Below, piece after piece: positions 39,711 through 51,853 of a DNA stretch of 64,000 nt. The DNA comes from Azolla caroliniana (lineage: Eukaryota; Plantae; Polypodiophyta): assembly GCA_043228905.1 (NCBI GenBank), contig JBHGNT010000011.1, positions 2,604,001 to 2,668,000 on the forward strand, in the 5' to 3' direction. The position numbers were made by a program, and so were the translations under genes. The notes beneath the pieces are model-generated. The model worked only from the letters and a program-made list of their open reading frames with translations, ran no database searches and was not told the origin of the DNA. The first letter of the stretch is position 1, and each line of letters opens with the position of its first letter.

Positions 39711-41593
39711 CCATGTTGTTGTAGAATCTTGTGGATTAAGGAGGGCGCATGAGCTGTCTGGTGCTTATGATGCTGCAACTGATGAGGAGATAGTTGCCAA
39801 CGTGGCTGAAAGTAAGAGTCTTGCTATCACATCTCCTTCAGATCAGCTCCACCCTATTCTTTTGGAAGATGGTAATGAATTAGGCAACGATGTGAAAAGC
39901 CATGAAATATTGGAAACAACATGTAAATCTGAGATTCACAACAATAGTGTTTTTGAACACTTGATGCAATATTTCTTCGAATCCCAAAACCTTGATTCCA
40001 CCCCACTGAGCCCAACTACTTATAATGTCCAAACAGATCCCACTGTACTGGAAAAGCTAGTGCAAGACGTGGCTGACCTGCAAGCCGCTGGTGAGGTGAT
40101 GGAAAGGTTGTCGGAGGAGGACACACTTGCACAATGGGTCAAAGAAGCAAGGCTAAATGGGTTACCAGCTAAAAAATGGCTGAAGAAGGGACAATGATCG
40201 GGGACAAGACCAGTTACTCGGTCAAGGGGCTCTTGAATTGGAGCGAAATACTTATTAGTGGGATATGATTGTTAGGGATTTTCCTAGGGTTTTATGAAGT
40301 TTTACTATGATCTATTTGGACAAGTAAAACCTCAGATTGGTTATTGCTTGATCCACATTATGTAATGGAACTCTATGATGTTTCTCCAAGATAATTATGT
40401 TCATGTTTCTATGATGGAAAATATTTCATGTTCATTATGTTGTTTTGTGAGACTGTTAGTTACTTTGTGAGTGTGAATATGTTGGTGTTTTCTGATGTTT
40501 CAAAGTCTAAAGGGTTTGAATATATTGCTCCTAAGGCTGATGGCAGTGAGGAAACTATTGATGTTGCTACGTGTTTAGAAGGCCACATCTTGAAAGTAGA
40601 TGTAGCAACTAACACAAATGATCTGGTCACGCAAGTTGATCAAGCATGTTGCATAGATGATCTGATTTTGTAGGTAGATGCAGCATGTGATACCAGTGGG
40701 CTGATATCGACCAGATCAGTATCTACATGCACTGAGCCAATGACTAAGTCGACAACACAAGAGCACCAGAATGTGAAGCCAGGCCCAACACAGTCGACTA
40801 GGGGTTTGAAGAGGAAAAGGACACCAATTGTGCCGACAGAACCTGAGTTGGTTGAAATTGATCATGTGCTACCAGTAATTGGTGTAACTACAGGAATGGA
40901 AACCTAAACCATTAGAAGTAGAAAGAAGAGCCTTGATCTTGGAGCTTGATAAAGTCCTGATGAGTGTGCGATATATGACACCAAGGAGGGACGCAAATCA
41001 ATTTCTTGAGTGGGTTGTGCAATATTTTGATTTGTTTATTGTTATTCCTTAGGGCCGGACAATGGCCTAACACAAGGTGTCTATGGAAGACACTTCACCA
41101 AAGGGGTGCTACGGCGAGATAACTTAAGACTCAACGATTAATCAGACTTTAATTGGTTACTTAGCAATATGGCATTAAACTTGATACACGCATATGATAA
41201 AACAATTAGCACAGAACGATAATCAACACTTAAAGATAAAACAAGAAGCTCTATTAATTATCCGTCAAAGTTTTACATTGTAACCGGGCCTTTATATAGG
41301 TCACCGGTGCTGAGTACAAAACGGTGTCAACCGGCACCTGTTCAGAACCGGTCCGGATCCGGATCGGCATACCAATTCCGGTCCGTCCGTTTACGTCTCA
41401 TAAACTACTTAATTATAATAGATTCCGAATATACAATCCTTTTCACATTCTGGTCTAGGTAACACATGGCACGCCCGTGGGACAATACCTTGTACGTCGA
41501 ATCCCACTATCCAGCCCCTTAGCCTTCGTCCAAGATATCCAGAATACTCTACTCCAGGGTATCCAATGGTTCTTCAGGAATCTGTTGTTGCTG

Positions 41594-44203
41594 CTATTGT
41601 GGCTGTTGTTGCTCCGGCTCCGGCTCCTCCGACTGTTGCTCCTTGGATGGCGTCTGTTTGGCTCCCGGTACCGGCGGTAGTGGCGATGATTCCTCCGTCA
41701 GCTGTTTTGCTGGATTTGACTCCGGTTGACTCGCCCCAGCCTTGTCCCCGTCGGGTCCTTGCCCCGGCGATGACTCCTCATCGCTGAGGTTGAAGGTCGT
41801 CGCCTGCCTTGCTTCTTCTTGCCGTAGCCTAGTCCGCTCATAGCTTTCAAACTGGATTTGAGCATTGTCGTAGCCTAGTCTGCTCATAGCTTTCAAACTG
41901 GATTTGAGCATCCAGTCAATCATCGTCCAGTTGTGCTACCAGTTGCCGGACCACTACTGACTGTTCCTCCACCAGAGTTACAAAGTCTTCTGCTCACTCA
42001 TCTCTTACGGCAGTGAAGTCCTCCTTTGTTAGCATGTAGCAGTTGTTGCCATCCTTCTGCTGGTTTTCTGCGTTCGCCCTTAGCAACTGGACCTCGGTTG
42101 TGTGCTTTGCCCATTTGTCCCACCATTGCACGGAGCTTTTGTCAATCAAGAATTTTGTCTTGTTCCTCCATGCCTGGACAATGAACTAGATCCGCTCAAG
42201 TCCCATCTTCGATTTGTCCTCCACGGCGTGTCGTTCTTCCTTCAATTGCTTGATCAGCTTCACCGTGTCCGCCTCTTGCTCCCGGTAATGTGACAATTGG
42301 TTTTGGTAGGTGTTCTGCAACCTCTGCAATACCATTGTCGCTCTTTCCTTTTCTTCATAATGCTGCTTCTGGAGCTCCATACATTCCTGTGCGGCTTCCT
42401 CCAGTAGCGTTTTTCTTTCAGCTCGTTCTTCAGCTAGCGCTGTCTCGGCTCGATGAACTTCTTGCCGGAGCTCTGCCATCTTCTCCTGCTGCTTCTTATG
42501 CTCCGTATCCAGGTGCTTATAGTCCCGGTGTAGGTGCTCAAAAACATCGGTCTTCAGCTTCAGCTTCTGGTTGAGTTGTCGAAGAGCGCGGTCTCCCCGA
42601 TCTTTCTGTTGACGGAGTTCTTCTTTAAGTCTTTCAATCTCCGTTTCCGGCATCTGTCACAGCTTATCCTTTTCTTGCAACACTTTCTCTTTCTCCTCCT
42701 TAAGCCGGTCATATGCCTGATGTCCTTTCCATAGATTCTCTTCTGCCCGGCGGAGGTTCTCAAAAGTCTTTCTTTGTTCTTCTTCTGCCACTTTCTTCAA
42801 GTCCCTTTCTCGGGTGCGTAATGCTTCTTGTGCGGCCAGTTCATCTTTCAATTTGGCAAGCTCTTTCACTTGTGCCGCCACTGTCTCCGGGACTGGTTCC
42901 GTTTTCAGGGTCTTATTACTATGTACAGGTGCTGGTGTGTCTTTATTCTGTACATCTACTGGAGTCAGTGACTAGCAACTAGTCCATCTACGCTTTCTCT
43001 TCCGCCTCTATGTAGTGCACCACTCCGGCAATCTACTCTCCAATCCACCGGAGCCATTGGTTGTCGGTGCCCTGTTGTTGCGTCTGCACGGAGGGTTGGC
43101 TGTTGGTTCCGTTAGCCAGTGATCAGTCTTGTCCGGTTGTGTCGAGCTGCAACTCTGTCTCTGGTTGGTGACCACTTTGCCGTTATGGTTCCGGTTGCAC
43201 CTCCGTTGGCCGCTCTGCCTCTGATTGCTCTTGACCTGCTGGTGAGGGTGGCAATTGTACTACCGGCGCTTGAATTTCGGGTCTTGCCATATCCTGACCT
43301 GCCGGTATAGCTTGTTGTGCATGGAGCTCTGTGACCGGTTCGGTCCGAACCAATTCCGGTTCCACCCTTGGTGCGGGATGCTTAGTGCGGGATAGAGGCG
43401 TTCCATCCTTCTTTGGGTCCGAACGCTCCCCAGCCTGTTCTGCGGTGCTTGCCTTCTGGCGCCGCTGGAAGTGCTCTAACGGTTCCTCCTCCGCTTCCTC
43501 CTCCTGAGTCCCGATGTTGACTTTTGTTGCCAAGGGGTCCGACTCTTGTTGAACCGGTCGATGAAATATGATCTTGATTGGCCGTGCCGGTGTCTCCTCT
43601 TGCATTTCCGCCTGCCGCTTCCTATGGGCGCACTCTTTTGCCGCCTTGTCCGTGTCAGCCGCCTTCCCTTTGGGTGCCTTAGAGACCAACAGATGCTGCC
43701 GTTTCGAAGCCATTTTCGGGGTGCCTTCGGTCGTTCTCCCCCGCTTCGTGGTCTTGGCGGGCTCGATAGGTGGCGCCAATAGGGTGAGCCATTGCGCCAC
43801 TGCAGTCCATATTTTCCGACCCTCCTTGCCTCTTACAGAGTCGATGGCCGCACAGAGGCCGTCCGCAATCAGTACCGGCCAGTCCACCTTCACACCTTCA
43901 TACTTTGTTATGACTAAGCCGGCTCAGTTCTGAGGCATGCACGGGGGTTGAGGGTATACATGTCCAAATTCATGCAGCACACGGGGAATCTCTCGAAATA
44001 ATGTATCTTCGTCGTCTTGTGTCCTGTAGGCCTTGCTGACCAAAGAGTATTCGCCAAAATATTTTTGGAGCTGCTCCGGGGTAGGGTTGTCGATAGTGAA
44101 GATGCCCCCCTCCGGAAGGCCAATCAAAGCATGGATGGCCTCCTCCGTGATCAGTTATGTGTCGATTTCCTTTACGTCGTGTGCTAGAATAGAATGTCGT
44201 GCC
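41594..44203 (-). pseudogene. Extra 3' ORF of the Gypsy: globular N-terminal domain, Pro/Glu-rich linker, long coiled coil
   Basis: Same-strand ORF pieces 43924-44127, 43183-43893, 42657-42881, 42186-42653 and 41594-41923, broken by stops and a small duplication. Confidence 0.65.
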
Positions 44204-45463
44204 ATGTGGCGGCGGTTTAATACCCTATTAATAGCCCACTACGTCCCTTTTCAAAGTGCCTGTTCACTCCGCGTTCTTGCATGTGTCCGTTCACACCTCG
44301 CCCTTGCATGATTTACTTTGATTTGATTTGATTTGATTTTTTATTATTTTTATTTTTATTTTTATTTCGCATCCGGTCCCACTGGACCCCTATCCGAATT
44401 GTGGGACTTGTCGGCCGCTGGACTGCTTGCCGTCGCGCCGTTCTTGCCGTTTGCCGGCTCGTGCTCCCTCTTACCGACTTCGCGCTTGCCGATTGCTAAA
44501 TGTGTTGCCGTCTCTTTCGACCTACCGGTATCCGGTTCTATGTCGGCCTTTAGTTGTTCAAATGGGTTTCTTGGCATGGGTCCATTGTATGGTTTGAGGC
44601 GGAACCCATTGACCCATTTACCCAGAACCTCGCCGGCGAGTGTCCCTAACTGGTAAGAACTATTGAACTCACGCGTGATCCAGTATGAACCGGTCCATCG
44701 AAACCGTAGCTTCCCCGGCATCTTACCCATTCGGGTCTAGAATACTAGTACCGGCTTACCGATTTCGAACATCTTTTCGTTCCCTTTTCGGTGACGATCC
44801 ACGAACGTTTTCTTTCGCCGTTGCTCTAGTTCTAGGTGCATGATGTTGGCTAGCTGGTGTTCTTCCAATTCACATAGCGCGGCTAACCGGATTGCTTCTG
44901 ATTCCTTCTCATTTAGGTGTTCCTGAATCTGTATTTGTAAACTCGGTACCTGGAACTCAACCGGCATCACTGCTTCTAATCCGAATGCTAGGCGAAATGG
45001 TGTTGTGCGGATACTTGTCTTATATGCCGTTCGATAGGCCCAGAGTGCACTATGTAGCTTTGTATCCCAATCCGTCCGGTTCTCATTGACGATTTTTCGA
45101 AGGATGTTCTGTAGTGTTTTATTTGTTTACTCGGCTAATCCGTTGGCTTGCGGATAATAGGGAGTGCTCCGTTTATGCACCACCGCATAGAATGTCGTCA
45201 AACTTTCCACCACTTGCCCTAAGAAGTGGCCACCTTGGTCACTTATTAGCTCTATCGGACATCCATACCGGCACCAGATGTATTCATATAAAAATTTTGC
45301 CGCGGTGTTGTCGCGTAGTGCTTTGGCTTCCACCCATTTGGTGCAATAATCTGTAGCGATAATCACGTACCGGTTGCCGGTTCTCATTGCTGGTGGTTTG
45401 AATGGACCAACAAAATCCAGCCCCCATTTCTGAAATGGTTCTAACGGTAGCACAGGCTGGTGA

Positions 45464-45848
45464 GGCATCCTGGCTTGTTCGGTTGGTTGGCCCATTCGTT
45501 GACATAGGCCGCATTCTTTAGCGTACCGGACTGCATCCTTCAATGTTGTTGGCCACCATAGTCCACTCTGCCATATTTTCCTTGTCGTAGCGGCATCCTG
45601 GCTTGTTCGGTTGGTTGGCCCATTCGCTGACATAGGTCACATTCTTTAGTGTACCGGACTGCATCCTTCAATGTTGTTGGCCACCATAGTCCACTCTGCC
45701 ATATTTTCCTTGTCGTAGCGGCATCCTGGCTTGTTCGGTTGGTTGGCCCATTCGCTGACATAGGTCACATTCTTTAGTGTACCGGACTGCATCCTTCAAT
45801 GTTGTTGGCCACCATAGTCCACTTTGCCATATTTTCCTTGTCGTAGCG
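45464..45848. repeat. Three tandem copies of a 128-bp unit inside the integrase zinc finger
   Basis: GGCATCCTGGCTTGTTCGG..CTTGTCGTAGC recurs at about 45464, 45592 and 45720. The peptide KIWQSGLWWPTTLKDAVRY appears three times. Confidence 0.9.
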
Positions 45849-46378
45849 TCTCCGGCATAATGTCCTCCGGCCACTCCGCAGTGTTCTTCGCACAATATTA
45901 TGTCCTTTTCGTCGTTGCGCACTACACACCGCCATATGCCATCTGCACCTTTGTGGTACAATGTGTCCTATAATAGACAGAAGTGTCGGCTTTTAACCAC
46001 TAAGCGTTTCCTCTCGTCTCTGTTCATCTCCTCCGGAGGTAAGCTGGTGCTCACAAATTGGTGCATGTTGGTGAGCCACTTGTCTTCCTCTACGACCGTA
46101 CCATCTGTTGTCGTTTCTGTTGTGACTCTAAACAACTTGGCATCCGGGAACTTGTCTGCGACGCCGTCACCGGTTTCGCCGGAATCTAACCGGCTCAAAT
46201 AGTCTGCTACTGCATGTTGTATGCCGGGTCAGTGGAATATCTCAAACTCAAATTCTTGTAATAGTAACATCCACTAGGCCAGCTTACCGGTGAGTGATGC
46301 TTTGGACACCAAATAGAGGAGCGTCGAATGATCTACGTGAATGGAAAATTTCCTTCCCAACAGATAGTGTCTAAAGTT

Positions 46379-47292
46379 GGTACTTGTGCATCTTGTATGT
46401 TGTTCAGCTCTTGTCGAAGCTGCAACTTACGGGTTGTGGTACTCGCGGTGAAAATCTTCCTTGGATTTCCCCAGGCCTCCTTCGGCGTTTTTGTATCCTT
46501 TATGTAGTCGAGCATCTGCTCATGCAATCAGGACATGAGGCATTACAATACTCGGCTTGCTCCTTGCTCCCATACTAGGAAGTCCTGGTGTGCCGGCTCC
46601 GGCACTAACTCATTCGTTCCTTCCACGAAGCTCCAATATCCATGCCCCAGTAGGTACTGGTGCATCTTGTATGACCAGGACGCGTAGTTGCTCCGGTCGA
46701 GCTTCTCTGTTGGAAGTGAACTCGCCATTCCTCTATCTATATCTTCTCTCTGTCTATTGTTATCGGGTCCTAGGGTTCATTTACGAAAGCAAGTGTCGGT
46801 TGCAGAGGTTCTCAACCCTCGCGCTTTGATACCATATGAATGTTAACGTGCGGAAGCGTTAGACAGAACCGGCTCAGTCGAATAGCAACAGAGAATAAGA
46901 TGAAGGTTTAATGGAGAAGCTTAATACACAGAGAGTATACGCTGGAGAGACAGAGAGAGCAAAGCATAAATGTAGATTCAAAATATAATAAAAACACTCT
47001 GTACATATAACGTGCTAAACAACACTATTTATACAAGTCCTCAAAAGGACTGACAGAAGTACTATGTATATCAATGCTCATACGGGCGACTAACACTAAA
47101 TACGAGACAATGACTACCTAGTAGTCTAGGCTACTACTAGGCTTCCAGTTCGCACTCGAATCTGGTTCTCCGATATGTCTCCCCGATCCGGCCGATTCTT
47201 TCCGGATACCGATCCGGCTCATCCTCCCGAATGTTGATCCGGCTCTGGCCTATTCAGCCGATCTGGATCCGGTTGAGCTTGCTCGCTCAACA
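46379..47292 (-). mobile_element. Copia I 5' end (5' LTR 46835-47292, PBS, gag start), same family as Copia G and H
   Basis: PBS TGGTATCAAAGC and gag MASSLPTEKLDRSNYASW. The LTR is similar to 29148-29592. Confidence 0.88.
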
Positions 47293-47363
47293 AAATCATA
47301 TAAATCTGTGTCAGAGAGCATCATTCCCATAACCCCCCTTTGGTGAAGTGATCCGGAAAGACA
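47293..47363 (+). repeat. Terminal remnant of an LTR related to the 41078 LTR
   Basis: CCCCTTTGGTGAAGTG..AGACA matches the minus-strand end of the 41078-41466 LTR (CCCCTTTGGTGAAGTGTCTTCCATAGACA). Confidence 0.55.
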
Positions 47364-47711
47364 CCCTGTGTTTGTGGCTAGTCCCGCCCAGGATAAACAA
47401 TTATCTCAACAACATTATGTGTTGAATATGCTATACAAATTCGGCATGACGGATTGTTGGGAAATCGGTCCTTCCGGATGGGATCCGATGATGAATGAAG
47501 AGGACCTAGTGAGGACTAGAAGAGACCCGGAAACAAGATTGGATGGACCCGGTGAGAACCGGAAGTGAAGGCATATTTGTAAATATGTTTTGAGTAAGCC
47601 TATTGAGGCTATATTTGTAAATAGCCCTAACTTCATATAAGTATAAATATGATTTAGGGCGATCACTTTGAGGGTGTTGTTGTTGTCATATTGTTGTATG
47701 TGCACAACTGT

Positions 47712-47752
<41 letters not shown>

Positions 47753-49416
47753 ATCGAGCGATACCCTGTTGTAACCACCGGCTAGCGAAGATATAGAGCT
47801 CGAGGTCGTTGCCTCCGAGTCTCTGTTTGTACCTTTCTTATATATAGAGACAGTTTGGAGTTTGTGGACTCCCATGGTTTTTCCCTATTAGGGTTTTCCA
47901 CGTAAGCATCCTGTGTATCCTCTATCGGTGTTTGTGTGTGTACGTGCGTTCACTCCCTACTTCCCATTTCTGTGTTTTGATTCTCATAGAAGTAATTCAA
48001 GACTTGGTTGCGGCCGAGCAATCTTCCACACTATTCTCAACAATCTGGTATTAGAGTGAACAATACAGGAAATGGAAGAATCGTTCAACGACATGTTCAA
48101 GCTCACCGGCTCCAACTACTCAGTGTGGAAGTCGAAGATGAGGGATATGCTGGTGGTTAAAGATCTTTGGTTGCTGGTTCAGTTCGGGGACAAGAGACCA
48201 GATAAGATCGACGCCATAGTGTGGGAGGTGATGCACATGAAGACGACGGCATACATCCGGTGCTTCATCGACATGACTCTGTATAACAACTTCAATGAAG
48301 AAAGTAAGGCTCATGAACTCTGGGAGAAGATCGGCATCATGTTCCAGAACAAGAATGTCATTAATCGGGTTTCGGTATTCTAGAAGCTAGTGAGGCTCTG
48401 GTACCAAGACGCCTCCAGTATGGCGGAGCACATGAATGCCTTCTAGGGACTGATACACCAAGCCACCTCGTTGGAAGTACCTCTCGCAGATGAGGTACTC
48501 ACATTGCTCCTGCTTGGTTCCTTCCCGAATAGTTGGGACACGTTAGTTGTCATGTTGGGCAACGCCGGACTGGAAGGAAAGCAGTTGTCCCTAGCAAGGG
48601 TAAAATCAAGCTTGCTAGATGAAGAAGCTCGCCGAAAGGACCGGGAGTCCGGAACCGATCCGAGGGACTTGGTTATAGAAGATGACCACAACCAAGGAAG
48701 ACGCCAGTATCGGAGTCCCCAAAACTGGGACAAATCGAGGACGAGGACAAAGTCAAGGGGGAGGCCTACTTGCTTCTATTGTCGGAAGCCAGGGCACTTC
48801 CAAAAGAATTGTCGGCATTTCCGGAAAGAGAAAGGATCCGACCAAAATGGTTTGGACCGAAGAGGCCCAGATCGGAAAGGAACGTCGGCGATCACGACAA
48901 GTGAAGAAGAACTGATGATCATTACTGAGGAGAATGAGCTAAACCTTGTCGGCGGCGAGAAAAACGTGGGTTGTCCATTCCGGAGCGTCGTTCCACCTAA
49001 CACCGGACTGGAGGTGCTTCTCATCCTACACAACAGAAGATCACAGTTGTTTCTGGATGGGGTATGAAGGGACCTGTCGAATTGTTGGCATAGGAGATGT
49101 GTTGTTGACGACATCAACCAGATGCAAATTGTTGTTGAAGGATGTCTGACACGTTCCGGAGGTTCGGTTGAACCTAATATCAGTCGGTCGGCTAGATGAT
49201 GAAGGCTACACGGGTACCATCTGGAACGGAGTCATGAAGTTCACGAAAGGGATCCTAATAGTGGCTCGATCCCAGAAGGTCAACACATTGTACTTGATGA
49301 ATGCTCAAATACGCCGGGAAGAGGTGAATGTTGCATACGACACTATCGGTGAGTTGTGGCACAAGAGACTGTGTCATATGAGCCAGAAGGGGATGAGAAG
49401 ACTTGCCGAAGGCATC

Positions 49417-49843
49417 TGTCAAGATTCGAACTCTTGACATAACCATGTTATAATCGAGTGTTATGTGTTAACCGCACATCTAGTATATAATCATGTATAT
49501 ACTTCCTCATTGTAGGTTTTAGCTAGAATCATGTGCATAATTTCTCCCTTGTATTATTAACACTTGGCACATGCATGCGTACCTACTACCTACATGCTCT
49601 ATTGTATCACATGCATGCAACAGGTATGCATGCCACTTAGTATAAATAGTTGAGTTCACCTTGAAGGAATTCTGAAGGTGAACAACGCCAGTCATGGACA
49701 TATCAATCTAGTATTCCCATTTCGCCCATCCTCTCTCCTTGATCTTCATCTCTATCTTTATGCTCTTGTTCCTCGCGTCATCGCTCCGTCATAGCCTCAC
49801 CATCCGTGCTCTGTCTTAGTCCACGCTTGGTGTGTCCATGACA
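49417..49843. mobile_element. Solo LTR (427 bp) inside Copia C
   Basis: TGTCA..TGACA ends and perfect 5-bp TSD GCATC. The host frame RRLAEGI|LIPEV is restored on removal. Confidence 0.9.
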
Positions 49844-51853
49844 GCATCCTCATTCCAGAGGTGAAAGACATGCATCTTGAGAAGTGCACCGATTGCTTGG
49901 CCGGCAAGCAGAACCGAACCTCCTTCCGGTCAAGACCGCCGATAAGACGGAATGCACCACTGGAGCTGGTGCATAACGATGTGTGTCAAGTGAACATGAA
50001 GTCACATGCCGGATCGCAGTACTTCGTGATGTTCATAGACGACCACAACTGGAAGCTATGGGTCTCACAGTTGAAGATGAAGGATCAGGTGCTATCCGTC
50101 TTCAAGGAACTCCACACGAGAGTGGAAAGAGAAACCAGTCGGAAGCTAAAGGCGGTTCGAGCGGACAACAGAGGAGAATACTAGGGGCAGTTCAAGGAGT
50201 ATTGCCGGTCGAAGGGAATCCGGCTCGAATTTACCGTTCCGAAGACGCCGGAACTAAACTGGTTAGCCGAACGGATGAATCAAACTGTGATGGAGAGAGT
50301 CCGGAGCATGTTGGCACATGCAAAATTACCCAAGATGTTTGGGGCTAAGGCGCTGATGACGGCGACCTATGTGATAAACAGATCACCCTCAGCACCCTTG
50401 GAAGGAGACTCACCATAGAAAGTATGGACCGGTAAAGATGTATCTTACCGGCATCTGAAGGTGTTCGGGTGTCTCACTTACATGCATGTGGCGAAGGACA
50501 AGAGAGCAAAGCTGGATCCGAAGTCTCGGCCATGCATATTCCTTGGATACGGCGATGATGAGTTCGGTTACCGGGTGTGGGATCTGGTCGACAAGAAGGT
50601 GTTTAGGAGTCGGAGAAGAAGATGATGAACACCGGATCATCCAATGAAAACCAGTTTGAGGACACAAGGACCTATCTGGTTGAAAACCGGATGTTGGACG
50701 GCAACCAGATGACACTCGACGAACCGGCCGGATACGGACAAGAAACGGAACCGACCGAAGAAGAAGAAGACGAAGACAGTGGAACCGAACAAGATCCCAA
50801 ATCGAACTTGGATGAGGAACAAACGGAGGAACCGGTTGCCGAACACCAAAGAAAGAGATACCCTCTCCGAGAAAGAAGAGCCCCCCGATGCAAAGCATGT
50901 GTTGCTAACCGATGAGGGGGAGCTGGAAAGCTTCGAAGAAGCAAAGACAGACACCCACAACCGCAAGTGGTTGAGTGTCATGTAGGACAAGATGGATTCC
51001 CTACATGAGAAACGCACGTATGAACTGACGGAGTTGCCGAAAGGGAAGAGAGCACTCTGTAACCAGTGGGTGTACAAGCTAAAACCGGGAGACACCGGAA
51101 ATCGACCAAGGTACAAAGCTTGGATCGTGGTGAAGAGCTTCCAGTAGAAGAAAGGAGTGGACTTCAATCAGATATTTGCCCCGGTAGTAAAGATGACATC
51201 CATCTGGATGGTATTGAGCATAGCGGCAACCATGAACCTCGAGGTAGAGCAACTAGACGTCAAGACGACATTCCTACATGGCGACCTCGAAGAAGAGATA
51301 TAGATGCATCAACCGGAAGGATTTGAGAAGAAAGGAAGGAGCACCTGGTGTGCCGGCTGAAGAAGAGCTTATACGGATTGAAGCAAGCTCCCCGGCAATG
51401 GTACTGGAAGGTCAACTCCTTCATGACCGACCAAGGGTACCACAAGACGCAAGCTGATCACTGCATGTTTGTGAAAAAATTTGACGGAGGAGATTTCCTC
51501 ATACTCCTCCTATATGTGGATGATATGTTGATCGTTGGACGAGACCAAGGCAAGATTCAGGTGCTGAAGCAGGCTCTGAACCGGACCTTCTCAATGAAAG
51601 ACTTGGGTCCGGCAACACAGATATTGGGAATACACATCATCCGGGACCGATCGAAGAAGCTGTTGTGGTTGTCACATTAGAAGTACGTGACAAAGGTGCT
51701 TCAACAATTCAACATGTCGGAGGCAAAATTGGTCGGATCGACACTTTCGGCAAACTGCAAGCTATCCGGAAAACAAAGCCCGAGGACAAAGATGGAGAAG
51801 GCGGATATGATGAAGATACCATGTGCTTCTACCGTCCGGAGCTTCACGTACGT

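Larger units (their letters stand above)
31487..40197 (+). pseudogene. Degenerate multi-exon gene with a RING-H2-like zinc finger, possibly transposon-borne
   Basis: Exon-like ORFs at 31515-31901, 31992-32204, 32473-32850 (CIAC..PCQHTYHIVC..CLGDC) and 39802-40197. Splice-like acceptors at about 31486 and 39724 and a donor GTAAG at about 32870. In-frame stops are present. Confidence 0.5.
41078..46378 (-). mobile_element. 3' half of a non-chromovirus Gypsy (Athila/Phygy-like): RNase H end, IN, extra 3' ORF, 3' LTR about 41078-41466
   Basis: FRHYLLG, GHYAG..WWPT..C..CQ, KWGLDFVGP, YYPQANGLAE and GKLRFRWTG motifs. A degenerate long ORF spans about 41594-44203. The LTR has a minus-strand TATA (CCTATATAAAGG). 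Confidence 0.85.

Noticed and set aside
29148-47292. Copia H 3' LTR and Copia I 5' LTR as the two ends of one element
   Set aside because: The flanks do not match (GCCAT versus AAATC) and the LTRs are clearly diverged, so they are treated as two copies.
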